Made by a program: the position numbers and the translations under genes
Notes under the pieces: generated by a model
What the model was told of the DNA's origin: nothing
Database searches by the model: none
What the model saw: the letters and a program-made list of their open reading frames with translations, nothing else
IMG/VR virus record: IMGVR_UViG_3300026560_000023
Direction: 5' to 3' (one strand)
Length of the DNA: 64,000 nt
DNA from: a virus
Lineage: Duplodnaviria; Heunggongvirae; Uroviricota; Caudoviricetes
Shown: piece by piece, positions 23,183-32,162 of the stretch
Layout of the letters: every line of letters begins with the position of its first letter
Position numbering within the stretch: position 1 is the stretch's first letter

Positions 23183-23647
23183 ATGGAGAAAATGGATTTG
23201 AACATCGAAACAGACGAGACGATTTGCTTTTGCTGGGATAGGGACGCGACGGTAAACATCGGCCAGTGGCCCGGCCCGATTCCATTGGAGTGGGTCCAGT
23301 ATCTTCAGGAGGAAACTCATCATCAGGTGTGGGCTACTGGCAACCAGAGGCTAAAGTCCGAGGCGAGACTCAAGGGGACAGAGGAACTCTTAGATTCCAT
23401 CCCCGGCCACGAGGCAGTCCTTCACCGGAACCCCGGTCGTCGGGAGCGCCTCCGGCTCGTTCAGAGAGTTGTAGATGCAGACGTATACGTAGTGATTGAT
23501 GACGTTGACCTGACCGATATGGAAGAAGAAGGTTTCATCTACTATACTCCTGAGGGATTCATCGAGGCACACTCGCCCTTTCTTTCAGAGGTGAAGGATG
23601 CCGAGAACCCCGATATTCACCCTGTAGACCGTTATAATTCCAAATAA
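23183..23647 (+). CDS. Hypothetical protein
   Basis: 154-aa ORF. Confidence 0.45.
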   Translation: MEKMDLNIETDETICFCWDRDATVNIGQWPGPIPLEWVQYLQEETHHQVWATGNQRLKSEARLKGTEELLDSIPGHEAVLHRNPGRRERLRLVQRVVDADVYVVIDDVDLTDMEEEGFIYYTPEGFIEAHSPFLSEVKDAENPDIHPVDRYNSK

Positions 23648-23664
23648 TCAGTATATTTATTACC
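23647..23664 (+). promoter_or_regulatory. Promoter motif ATCAGTATATTTATTACC
   Basis: Motif family member upstream of the HTH gene. Confidence 0.4.
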
Positions 23665-23733
23665 TGTTACCCAGAATTGGTATTTGAGGAGAATAGTCAC
23701 GCCGCGAGGTGAAATAGGCTGTAGCGGATAAAG

Positions 23734-24576
23734 ATGGCGACCAATAACAAAATGGCGACCAATAACAAAATGTCGACAAAGTCGAATTCCGGCAAAGTTA
23801 AGACCGAGAGTACCGCGGAAGAGATGCTTGCTCAGTTCGAGAGCATCAAGTCTCGCAAGGAGAATGCGACTGATATTCGAGTTCTTCTTCCCTCGCGCGC
23901 GCACGTAGAGAATAATAATCTCGTTGTCCGTGACATCGCTAACTGCAATGGAGAGTATGCGTCTCTCACTGAAAACCGCAAAGAGATTCTTAAGATTGTC
24001 AAGGACCACCCCCAGGAGCCTCAGGATGTTATCGCCAAGCGAGCTAACACCTCTGGGACGTCTGTTAGTCGTACCATCAACAACTTCGGCTTCGTTCTCG
24101 ACGACCATCGGATTTTCAAGTACTTTGTCCTTGAGCAGAAGACCGTTCTTTACGGAGAAGGGGATGGAGAGGAGAACGAGGGAGCGTGGGAAGTTGAGTT
24201 CGATTACCCGACTGGCGTTGAGGTTGAAGAGTACGACGACGAAGAAGAAGCGCGCCGCGTGCTTTTTCACCTCGCCAACGCGTTTGAAGAGTACCCTGTC
24301 CTTCGGAACCCGGAAGGAGAAGTCGTAGAGTCCCACGGAGTTCTCGACCTGATTGTTGATGAGCAGGAGTGGACGGAGGAAGCCATCAACGGCATCGGGG
24401 TTATCGAGGAGTCCCATGGAGACATCATCTCCTTCTTCGAGTCTGTTAACGATGGAGGATTAGACACGGGTACGATGTTCGACGATGACGAGCTGTTTAC
24501 CATTTTCAAGCTCCTTGCGATGCAGGATACGGAAGATTCGGATGACCTTGCTCGTAAGGTAGCAAAGCATATCTGA
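23734..24576 (+). CDS. HTH-domain putative transcription regulator
   Basis: 280 aa; RKEILKIVKDHPQEPQDVIAKRANTSGTSVSRTI resembles a winged HTH; the N-terminus carries an exact 18-bp tandem duplication (MATNNK MATNNK), so the start is ambiguous (23734/23752/23770). Confidence 0.5.
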   Translation: MATNNKMATNNKMSTKSNSGKVKTESTAEEMLAQFESIKSRKENATDIRVLLPSRAHVENNNLVVRDIANCNGEYASLTENRKEILKIVKDHPQEPQDVIAKRANTSGTSVSRTINNFGFVLDDHRIFKYFVLEQKTVLYGEGDGEENEGAWEVEFDYPTGVEVEEYDDEEEARRVLFHLANAFEEYPVLRNPEGEVVESHGVLDLIVDEQEWTEEAINGIGVIEESHGDIISFFESVNDGGLDTGTMFDDDELFTIFKLLAMQDTEDSDDLARKVAKHI

Positions 24577-24819
24577 ATAGGATACGGCCTATTCTTTAGC
24601 GCAACGCAGTAGAAGTACGTAATTTTATTACATAGGAGGGTCTTATCTTGAATTGGAGGTAGATTTGATGACAGCCGAAACTGACAGGCTTATCAAAGGG
24701 ACCTACGAGACAGACAAAACGATATGCGGCGTCCGAAAGATATATCGTAATAATAGTAGATGGTCTGTCGTCGTCCCTTTACTGATTAGGCAGAGGAGCG
24801 AATACCAAAATGAGAAGAC

Positions 24820-25116
24820 GTGTATACGGCCATCGACAAGGATACAGATACGATGTTTGTAGGCTTGTCAATGGAAGACCTTCAATCGTTTATCAGTCCG
24901 GGTACGAGAGTACGAAAGAGAACGATTGGAAAAGTCGATAGCAGAATTACTATTCCCACCGAAGAAATTCACGAGGGGTTCTTCGAAGACGTAGTAGAAT
25001 CTGCTATCGAGTGGCATAAGGAGTATAATATCATGCGCGTTCGTCCTGCTCTACCAGAGGACATATATGAATCAAGGTACGCATCCAGAAGGAGGAGAGA
25101 TGAGCAAAACAAGTAA
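24820..25116 (+). CDS. Hypothetical protein
   Basis: 98-aa ORF. Confidence 0.35.
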   Translation: MYTAIDKDTDTMFVGLSMEDLQSFISPGTRVRKRTIGKVDSRITIPTEEIHEGFFEDVVESAIEWHKEYNIMRVRPALPEDIYESRYASRRRRDEQNK

Positions 25117-25360
25117 TGATTTCCAGTATGCGGAGGATGACCCAGTTAAGATTCCAGATGACTTGAGGGCTGAGTTTAACGGCGAGTTCTCATGTGGCTG
25201 TGGGAGTGAGATTCTTAATTGGAAAGGTTGTCTTCGTAGTGATAGGAGAATAGTGGTAATGGGCCGATGCCATACTTGTCACGACGTTGGTTCCATATCA
25301 TACTGTAGAGAAACAGGTAAAGTAATATCTACGGGCGCGTATGATTCAATAGAACAATGA
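25067..25360 (+). CDS. Zn-ribbon protein
   Basis: 97 aa; CGCGSE ... CHTCHD. Confidence 0.4.
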   Translation: MNQGTHPEGGEMSKTSNDFQYAEDDPVKIPDDLRAEFNGEFSCGCGSEILNWKGCLRSDRRIVVMGRCHTCHDVGSISYCRETGKVISTGAYDSIEQ

Positions 25361-25575
25361 TTGATGTTGTTATCGCGTCATTAATAGTAGCAATCGTTTT
25401 CACGGTTTTCATTTTCATTGAGTCGATTGTCTTCATGATTAGAGCAGAGGACCCCGGACAGTATCAGATAAGTTGGAATCGAGTTCTGACTTACACGGTT
25501 ATGTTATGGGTTCTATCGACGGTATCGTATTACGGGGTTGGATTCCTTAGCGGATATGTCGCCTCGTTTGTTTGA
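25357..25575 (+). CDS. Small membrane protein
   Basis: 72 aa with two TM helices. Confidence 0.4.
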   Translation: MIDVVIASLIVAIVFTVFIFIESIVFMIRAEDPGQYQISWNRVLTYTVMLWVLSTVSYYGVGFLSGYVASFV

Positions 25576-25601
25576 ACGCGCCCGCGCGAATATAGACAGA
25601 A

Positions 25602-25620
25602 AGTCAGTATCTTTATTATA
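25602..25620 (+). promoter_or_regulatory. Promoter motif AGTCAGTATCTTTATTATA
   Basis: The TATA box ends 36 nt before the ATG at 25655. Confidence 0.45.
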
Positions 25621-25654
25621 GATAGCCGCGATAGATAGAGTAGAGAGTGAGAAA

Positions 25655-26923
25655 ATGAGCAAACAAGCCCAAACCAAGCTCCAGCAGTTACTGAGCGAGA
25701 GCGATGTGGGCCAAATCCCCTTCCGTGAGGCTGTGGAGAGTTTGGCTGATGAATGCGGCGTTCAGAACCAAACTGCTAAGCAGTACGTGTACAAGTACGC
25801 AAACACCGAAGAGAATGTCTTCGGAGACAAATTCGTTAAAACCATGAAGCAAGAAACTGAATCCGATACGGCGACGCAGAACACCACGACCGAAAACGCA
25901 ACGAAGCAGACTGCGACTGAGGAAGTCGCGGGGCACATCGAGGACGACATTTCCCGGCAGGAGTTGGAGGCAGAGGTCGGGGGAGGCACGGGCGTCTATT
26001 ACGATGGCAAGAACTTCATCAAGGAGGAGGAGTGGGTCGAAGAGCACGGCCCCGACGAGCCTATCCCCGGTCTGGAGGTTCTGGAGGATGTTGGTCATCC
26101 CCTCGTTCCTGACCTCGACTACCAGTACCTGAAGCGTCGTCTCGTCGGTAACTACACGGACGTCGAAATCACCGTGGATGCGATGGCTGATGAGGACTTC
26201 TCGGTTCTCCTGGAAGGGGAGACAGGCGTCGGCAAGGGTGTTCTCATCAAGTTCATCTGTATGCAGACCAACCGACCCCTTATCCCGGTCAACTTCGACG
26301 AGGGGATTACCTTCGACCAGCTCGTCGGTCACTACGGTCCTGCCGAGGATGGAGGATTCGAGTGGAAGCCCGGTTTCCTCCAGTACGCGACCGAGCGAGG
26401 ATACACGTTCCTCGCAGACGAACTCAACGCCGCGCCCGGTGAAATCACGATGGCACTGCACGGTCTGACTGAGGACCGTTCCAATCGTCGTCTCGACCTC
26501 CGGGAGAAGGGAGAAATCATCAAGCCTCACGAACAGTTCCGATTCGTCGGAACTATGAACCCGGCTCACGCGGGGTATGATGGTGCGAAGAACCTCAACG
26601 ACGCATTCCAGACTCGATTCTACACCATCGAAATCGACTACATGGATGCGAAAGCGGAGGTTCAGCACATCCTGGAGAAGGCAGGGAACCACATCACGGA
26701 GCGCGAGGCTCGGCGTCTTGTTGACCTCGCAGGAAACCTCCGGGCGATGTACCCGAAGGAAATCAACACGCCTATCTCGACTCGTGAACTCATCAAGGTA
26801 GCGAAGATGAAGCGGCGTCTCAGTCTCGTCGATTCGACGAAGCTCATCTTCGGTGGCATTGCAGAGCCTACGGACAAGGACGCGATTAACAAGGCTATCA
26901 AGACCACCCTCGGAAAGAACTAA
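25655..26923 (+). CDS. MoxR/CobS-like AAA+ ATPase (AAA_5 type)
   Basis: 422 aa; Walker A LLEGETGVGKGV, Walker B FLADELNAAP, sensor VGTMNP. Confidence 0.7.
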   Translation: MSKQAQTKLQQLLSESDVGQIPFREAVESLADECGVQNQTAKQYVYKYANTEENVFGDKFVKTMKQETESDTATQNTTTENATKQTATEEVAGHIEDDISRQELEAEVGGGTGVYYDGKNFIKEEEWVEEHGPDEPIPGLEVLEDVGHPLVPDLDYQYLKRRLVGNYTDVEITVDAMADEDFSVLLEGETGVGKGVLIKFICMQTNRPLIPVNFDEGITFDQLVGHYGPAEDGGFEWKPGFLQYATERGYTFLADELNAAPGEITMALHGLTEDRSNRRLDLREKGEIIKPHEQFRFVGTMNPAHAGYDGAKNLNDAFQTRFYTIEIDYMDAKAEVQHILEKAGNHITEREARRLVDLAGNLRAMYPKEINTPISTRELIKVAKMKRRLSLVDSTKLIFGGIAEPTDKDAINKAIKTTLGKN

Positions 26924-26966
26924 GACAGCCGTTTAGTCCCTGTTTTGAGCGCAGTACTGAAAAAGA

Positions 26967-26986
26967 GTCAGTATCTTTATTACCCG
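26967..26986 (+). promoter_or_regulatory. Promoter motif AGTCAGTATCTTTATTACCC
   Basis: The TATA box ends about 39 nt before the ATG at 27022. Confidence 0.45.
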
Positions 26987-27021
26987 TAATAGCGTATAGA
27001 TTAGTAGGAGGAGAGATTAAA

Positions 27022-29025
27022 ATGACATACGGAAGACACAATCGTTCCAACGGCATCAAGCTCAATCCAGAGCACATGGATGCTGATGGAGTCCGAGAAC
27101 GAATCAAGAACCAGCACCGCAAGAACATTCGGTCCTCCGATACCCGCCGGCAGTTCCTGCAGAAGTACGCCCGTATTATTTCGGGCATCATCGAAGCACG
27201 GTTGGAGTTCGGCCAGCTTGCCTGCGTCACTATGGACAGTGGCGACCCTGTAATCAATATCCCCGCGCGGGAGTTCGACCAGCCGGTTACAGATTACGAG
27301 CAAGACGTGTTCGATATGATGATGCAGGAAACCCTCACGGTCCACGAAATCCTGCACATTCTGTACACGAACTTCCGGTCCTTCAAGCGCTATCTCAACA
27401 AGTGTGAGATGGACAAACAGCCGTTGTTCAAAGAGATTTGGAACGGCTTCGAGGATGGTGCTATCGAGGAGCAGGGGCGCCTCGCAATGAGCATCGGCGA
27501 CGAACTGGAGGTGATGAACGCGAACTTCACCGAAGACATCGTTTTCGGGACAGAGCAGTCTAACGGAGACATGGTCTATACGATGCACGAGGCCGTGGTC
27601 GCGGGAATCGTGGACAAGTCCGTTTTCGATAGCGGCGCTCTCAGTAAAATCCGAGACCCGAACGAGAACCACCGGCTCTCGACGCCTCAGGACCAACAGA
27701 CCTTCGAGAACTTCGTTCCGAAAATCGAAAGTACGGCGAAGTCTGTTCTGACTGAACCCTCGTCGAAGAACCGTAACGCTATCATCTACGACTTCTACGA
27801 GGATTACCTCGACCTCTTGGATGAAGCCCAAATCGACGGAGCCGAGCAGCGTCGTAAGCAGCACCAGGAGGAAAGTGGGCAGGGGCAGGGGCACGCTCAC
27901 CCGAACCCGAACATGCCTGATGATTCCGAAGGTCATACCGGAGGGGAGCGCCAGGATGCGTATATGCTTGGCGATGATGACCAGATGGAGGATATTGATG
28001 AGCGCGTGAGCGGCGCTGGTAACCCGAGCGAGCCAGAGGATGAAGAGGAGGAGCAAGAGGGCTCGGGTGGGGGAGGAGAGCAGGAGCAGGAGGAAGACGA
28101 GGACGAGCAAGGCCATGGACAGGACGTAGAGACGAAGGACGACCTCGAACAGGAATACGAGGAGGAGCTTGAGTCCGAGTGGCAACAGATGGCTCAGTCC
28201 AATGATGACATCCGCCAGGAGATGGAGGAAGCAGTCCGAATGTTGGAAGCCATTGAAGATGGCACCAATAGTTCCAATAGCGATTGGGACCCTTCCTCGG
28301 TCGAACTGGAAATCCCAGAACCCAGCGATGACTTCCACCAGGACCGTCGCAACGAAGCGAAGCGACAGGCGAAGCAATTGGAGAACATCCTCCGGTCCCG
28401 GCTTCGCAATGAGCGTAAGAGCAAGACTCAAACCCACCGACGTCGTGGTAAGTTCGACCGTCGCCGTATGATGGCGGCTTCCCGAGGGAATACCCGAGTC
28501 TTCAGTCAGGAAATCGAACCGGACGAGAAGGAATACGATTGCGTTATCGTTTACGACCGCTCCGGTTCGATGTCTGGCGATGACAGAGACTTGGAAATCG
28601 CCGGTGGGATGCTGGCATATGCTCTCCATGCAGTCAACGTCAACGTGTCGACAATCGGACTCTATGGGAGCGAGGCCCGGCTGGAACTCCCGTTCGGAGT
28701 CGACCCTGACTTCCGGAAGGAAACGCTATTCGCGGGAGATATTTCTGGAGGGACTCCTCTGTCAAAGGCAGTGTTCCTCTCCCGCCACCGGCTCGCCCAG
28801 AACGATTCCATGCCGTTTATGATTGTCATTACGGACGGCCAGCCGGACAATTTCAACTGGTATAAAGAAGAGCTGATGAAGTGCAACTTCCCGATTATCG
28901 GGGTCTACCTTAACACGAGCAGAAGCGCAGAGGATGTTAAGGATTGCTTCCACCGAGTGAGCAATGTTTCAGGGGACAACCTTACTCTGGAACTCAAGCA
29001 GTTGGTCCAGCAGATTATGTTCTAA
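27022..29025 (+). CDS. VWA-domain protein (CobT-like partner of the AAA+ ATPase) with a poly-acidic linker
   Basis: 667 aa; C-terminal VWA domain with MIDAS motif DRSGSMSG plus GGT and ITDGQ; the central region is E/D/Q/G-rich and low complexity. Confidence 0.7.
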   Translation: MTYGRHNRSNGIKLNPEHMDADGVRERIKNQHRKNIRSSDTRRQFLQKYARIISGIIEARLEFGQLACVTMDSGDPVINIPAREFDQPVTDYEQDVFDMMMQETLTVHEILHILYTNFRSFKRYLNKCEMDKQPLFKEIWNGFEDGAIEEQGRLAMSIGDELEVMNANFTEDIVFGTEQSNGDMVYTMHEAVVAGIVDKSVFDSGALSKIRDPNENHRLSTPQDQQTFENFVPKIESTAKSVLTEPSSKNRNAIIYDFYEDYLDLLDEAQIDGAEQRRKQHQEESGQGQGHAHPNPNMPDDSEGHTGGERQDAYMLGDDDQMEDIDERVSGAGNPSEPEDEEEEQEGSGGGGEQEQEEDEDEQGHGQDVETKDDLEQEYEEELESEWQQMAQSNDDIRQEMEEAVRMLEAIEDGTNSSNSDWDPSSVELEIPEPSDDFHQDRRNEAKRQAKQLENILRSRLRNERKSKTQTHRRRGKFDRRRMMAASRGNTRVFSQEIEPDEKEYDCVIVYDRSGSMSGDDRDLEIAGGMLAYALHAVNVNVSTIGLYGSEARLELPFGVDPDFRKETLFAGDISGGTPLSKAVFLSRHRLAQNDSMPFMIVITDGQPDNFNWYKEELMKCNFPIIGVYLNTSRSAEDVKDCFHRVSNVSGDNLTLELKQLVQQIMF

Positions 29026-29085
29026 TCTGCTCTTTTCCATAGATTTATTACTCATTACCTGGTATCTTTTTTCGGAGGTCCAGGT

Positions 29086-29325
29086 ATGAAGGACATACAT
29101 AAGAAACTGATGCAACAGTGCCTTGAGGATGCTGCTGACCTCGTAGATGAATTTAACGAGGAAGTAGGAACTCAGTTTGATACCGAGATGAGGGTCGGTT
29201 CAGACAACGTATCCAAGATGGCAATAATGCTGTACAAATCGAGGACTCAGGAGAGAAACATGAAAATGACTCACAACGGAGAGAACCTTCCAAACGAAGA
29301 TGAAGCAGAGAGGATGTTCGGATGA
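29086..29325 (+). CDS. Hypothetical protein
   Basis: 79-aa ORF. Confidence 0.4.
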   Translation: MKDIHKKLMQQCLEDAADLVDEFNEEVGTQFDTEMRVGSDNVSKMAIMLYKSRTQERNMKMTHNGENLPNEDEAERMFG

Positions 29326-29789
29326 GATTGAAAGACTTAGCAGTTGCCATTTCGGCGCTGGCTGCCCTTATGGTGGCTATGGCGATTATGCGAGTAGTCG
29401 TGACTCGCCCTATCCTGCTCCCCATCGTCGGGGTCTGGATTCTGGCATACGTTTATGTTATCACTAAGATATATCGTCACGGCATGGATGTTAGTTTGAA
29501 GCCCTCCCGGTCAGAGCTTCCTAACATCTCGGTTCCCTTCGGAAGACAGGACTGTGGTTGCTTTTGGTTCCGGGAAAAGAAAGCTGTCTTGGTAGAAGAA
29601 AGCGAGCCCGTTCACAAGAAGGAGGAGATGGATGCAAGCGTCGAAGTCTCTAAGGGAACGGCCGACAAATACCGCTGCCGGGACTGTGGCGAGGAATATT
29701 ACAAGAACATCGAGTGGGAAGAAACAAACGTCATGTTCTGGGATGACCTCGACGTTGATGACATAGTTGGTCTTAACGAAATTGACTGA
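29322..29789 (+). CDS. Membrane protein with a C-terminal Zn-ribbon (possible NfeD-like partner of the SPFH protein)
   Basis: 155 aa; two N-terminal TM helices then CRDCGEEYYKN; sits immediately upstream of the SPFH gene. Confidence 0.4.
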   Translation: MRLKDLAVAISALAALMVAMAIMRVVVTRPILLPIVGVWILAYVYVITKIYRHGMDVSLKPSRSELPNISVPFGRQDCGCFWFREKKAVLVEESEPVHKKEEMDASVEVSKGTADKYRCRDCGEEYYKNIEWEETNVMFWDDLDVDDIVGLNEID

Positions 29790-29792
29790 CTT

Positions 29793-29810
29793 TAGGTATC
29801 TTTATTACCC
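29793..29810 (+). promoter_or_regulatory. Promoter motif TAGGTATCTTTATTACCC
   Basis: The TATA box ends 39 nt before the ATG at 29846. Confidence 0.45.
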
Positions 29811-29845
29811 GTTCCTGAGTAGATAGAATCGGAGGAAGAGAAAAA

Positions 29846-30733
29846 ATGTCAATCCAAGACGACCGAGGCAGTGCCGCCCCCGCGGTGTTGATGGCTCTGG
29901 CAGTTATCGGAGTTGTAATTCTCGGCGGCGCCGTCGCCGCTCTCGAAACAGTCGACGAAGGCCACGAGAAAGTGGTGAAAACGAAGGGGGATACGCAGGG
30001 CACGTTCACGCCCGGTGATTGGTACTTCATCAATCCCGTGACTCAGTCTACTGAGTCTGTCGATGTTCGTCCCCAGCTCTACGAAATGGTAGAAGCCCAG
30101 GGACAAGGAGATAAGGCTAATACGGACGACAGCGTTAAGGTCATTACCAACGACAACATGGAGGTTGGAGTTGACGTGGCTGTCCGTTACCAGATTACGG
30201 ACTCTGTGAAGTTCTATCAGGAGTACAAGACGAAGAATCAGCTTGAACAGCGTCTCATCCGCAGTGAAACCCGAGACGTAGTTTACAGTGAGGCTGGTGG
30301 GATGCAGGGCAGCGACATTGCCAATAAGGAATCCCGCGCGCTCCTGAAGAATTCTGTCGAGGACCGTCTTCACAACGAGTTCGGTGATGCTGGCGTTGAA
30401 CTGCTGTCAGTAGACATTCGTGGCGTTCACTACCCGCAAGAGTATCTTGCTGCCGTAGAGCAGAAGAAGATTAAGCAGCAGGAAATCGAAAAGGCCCAGT
30501 ATGAGGTCCAGGTCGCCCAGCAGCAGAAGGAACGCGACATCACCCGAGCAGAAGCCGAGGCAGAGCAGATTCGGATTGAGGGCGAAGCTCTCCGGGACAA
30601 CGCTCAAGTGCTCCAGCTCCGTTACATCCAGGCTCTCCAGGAAGGCGAGACCATCTACGTTCCCTCTGATGGAGGGTTCGAGATGATTAAGGATGTCGAT
30701 AGCGAGAGTGATGACAACGATGGAGGAAACTAA
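29846..30733 (+). CDS. SPFH/band-7 (stomatin/prohibitin-like) membrane protein
   Basis: 295 aa; N-terminal TM, an SPFH core, then an AEAEAEQIRIEGEA coiled-coil tail. Confidence 0.7.
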   Translation: MSIQDDRGSAAPAVLMALAVIGVVILGGAVAALETVDEGHEKVVKTKGDTQGTFTPGDWYFINPVTQSTESVDVRPQLYEMVEAQGQGDKANTDDSVKVITNDNMEVGVDVAVRYQITDSVKFYQEYKTKNQLEQRLIRSETRDVVYSEAGGMQGSDIANKESRALLKNSVEDRLHNEFGDAGVELLSVDIRGVHYPQEYLAAVEQKKIKQQEIEKAQYEVQVAQQQKERDITRAEAEAEQIRIEGEALRDNAQVLQLRYIQALQEGETIYVPSDGGFEMIKDVDSESDDNDGGN

Positions 30734-30863
30734 AGGCTAAGCAGAAGTCTTTATAAGCCCCACATACAATATTTAAACCGTCTCTGTCCATGGGACGAGG
30801 GCGCCTTTCGGGGCGTGAGGGGAAATAATCCCCTGCCATAAGTACCGAGAAAGTGAATCTGAT

Positions 30864-31277
30864 ATGTCTACCAGAACGGAATACGCCGATGATGCGCTCG
30901 TGATGGAGAGCGATACTACATTGGCAGAACTCAAACAGTTCGTGGAGCGCAGGACTCGAAACCCATACATCATGCATGGAACCTTGGTGTGGAATTTCTC
31001 TTCTCATCAAGTAGATGCTGATGCTTTGGCTACTGCCGCAGAGTCCAAACTGAGCGATGATAAATACATCATCCCTTTCCAGGTTACAGGAGTCTGGGGA
31101 TACATGACGCATCTAATCCCCGAGCGCGTTTCTCTTGATTCACAGGTCCTCGTCTATCTCAAGGACGATGCTGAATATGTCGAGTACAATAACCTCCTAA
31201 CGGAAACGGAAGGAGAGGAGGTTGATGAATTCAAGACTGAATTGGAAGATGACCTTTCAGCATTTAACGTTAGATGA
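30864..31277 (+). CDS. Hypothetical protein
   Basis: 137-aa ORF. Confidence 0.45.
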   Translation: MSTRTEYADDALVMESDTTLAELKQFVERRTRNPYIMHGTLVWNFSSHQVDADALATAAESKLSDDKYIIPFQVTGVWGYMTHLIPERVSLDSQVLVYLKDDAEYVEYNNLLTETEGEEVDEFKTELEDDLSAFNVR

Positions 31278-31587
31278 CCATGAAGAGCTTCCATTCGGAG
31301 AGTCGGGATACCTGCGAATCCCGATGCGATTAGCGGAGCGGCATCTAACGGCAGAGACCGAGTCTGACAAGGCGGAAGTTCAGGCAATAGGCACCCACCT
31401 ACAGGTCCTTATACGCAGTCAGCGGCGCGATATGCTCGTTAGACTGCCTTTAGAGGACTGGGAGGCTTCTAAGCCTTACTCTCGGTCTCTCACAGGATGG
31501 ACAATCAACCTTCAGCGATGGAAGGACAACGTATCTGTTCACAACGGATACGTCAACGTCGGCATCGCAACGAAAGAGAACTTTTAA
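31222..31587 (+). CDS. Hypothetical protein
   Basis: 121-aa ORF overlapping the previous gene; the start is uncertain. Confidence 0.35.
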   Translation: MMNSRLNWKMTFQHLTLDDHEELPFGESGYLRIPMRLAERHLTAETESDKAEVQAIGTHLQVLIRSQRRDMLVRLPLEDWEASKPYSRSLTGWTINLQRWKDNVSVHNGYVNVGIATKENF

Positions 31588-31591
31588 ACAG

Positions 31592-31834
31592 ATGGGATTT
31601 TACGAAACAGAGAGTAAAATAACCTACGACAAGGCTGAAGAAATTGTAGATGAGTTCGTAACGAAGTATAGCCACCGTCGGTCATATGTTCGGACCCGAG
31701 ATATTTGCTCGGAGATGGAGATAGAGCCGACTATGCACAATAAAATTCGCATCCACGACGCTTTAGATGGCAGATGCGAAGCAACGTCTCGGTCTAATGG
31801 AACCAAATTCAGAATCCCCGAAGCAATCAAATGA
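31592..31834 (+). CDS. Hypothetical protein
   Basis: 80-aa ORF. Confidence 0.4.
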   Translation: MGFYETESKITYDKAEEIVDEFVTKYSHRRSYVRTRDICSEMEIEPTMHNKIRIHDALDGRCEATSRSNGTKFRIPEAIK

Positions 31835-32144
31835 TGAACAGCCACAAGGATACGTTATCGAAGTTAAGCCTGCTACGAAGGATGTGGGCACTTTCGTCTA
31901 TCGGGAGGGGGCAGAGATTACTCTTCAGCTTGGGATGGATGATAGGCCGGACCTGGTCCGCAAGTTCGGAACTTTCATGCGATACGTCGCTTCCAATCAT
32001 AATGCCGTCAAGTTAGGATGCATGGATTGTGGGGAGGAGATATACGCATCAGGTGATGTCCCTGACATGGAGCATGAATTCAAGGAGGATGATTGCCCCG
32101 AGTGTGGAGGTAGGTTGATTAACCTGGACTACGAATTCGATTGA
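31767..32144 (+). CDS. Zn-ribbon protein
   Basis: 125 aa; CMDCGEE ... CPECGG. Confidence 0.4.
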   Translation: MADAKQRLGLMEPNSESPKQSNDEQPQGYVIEVKPATKDVGTFVYREGAEITLQLGMDDRPDLVRKFGTFMRYVASNHNAVKLGCMDCGEEIYASGDVPDMEHEFKEDDCPECGGRLINLDYEFD

Positions 32145-32162
32145 AAAGACAGGTTTGAATTT

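Noticed and set aside
25688-28629. Long minus-strand ORFs 25688-26692 (334 aa) and 27001-28629 (542 aa)
   Set aside because: They are antisense to the MoxR-like and VWA genes, which have clear Walker and MIDAS motifs. The antisense translations are low-complexity (L, V, R rich) without motifs.
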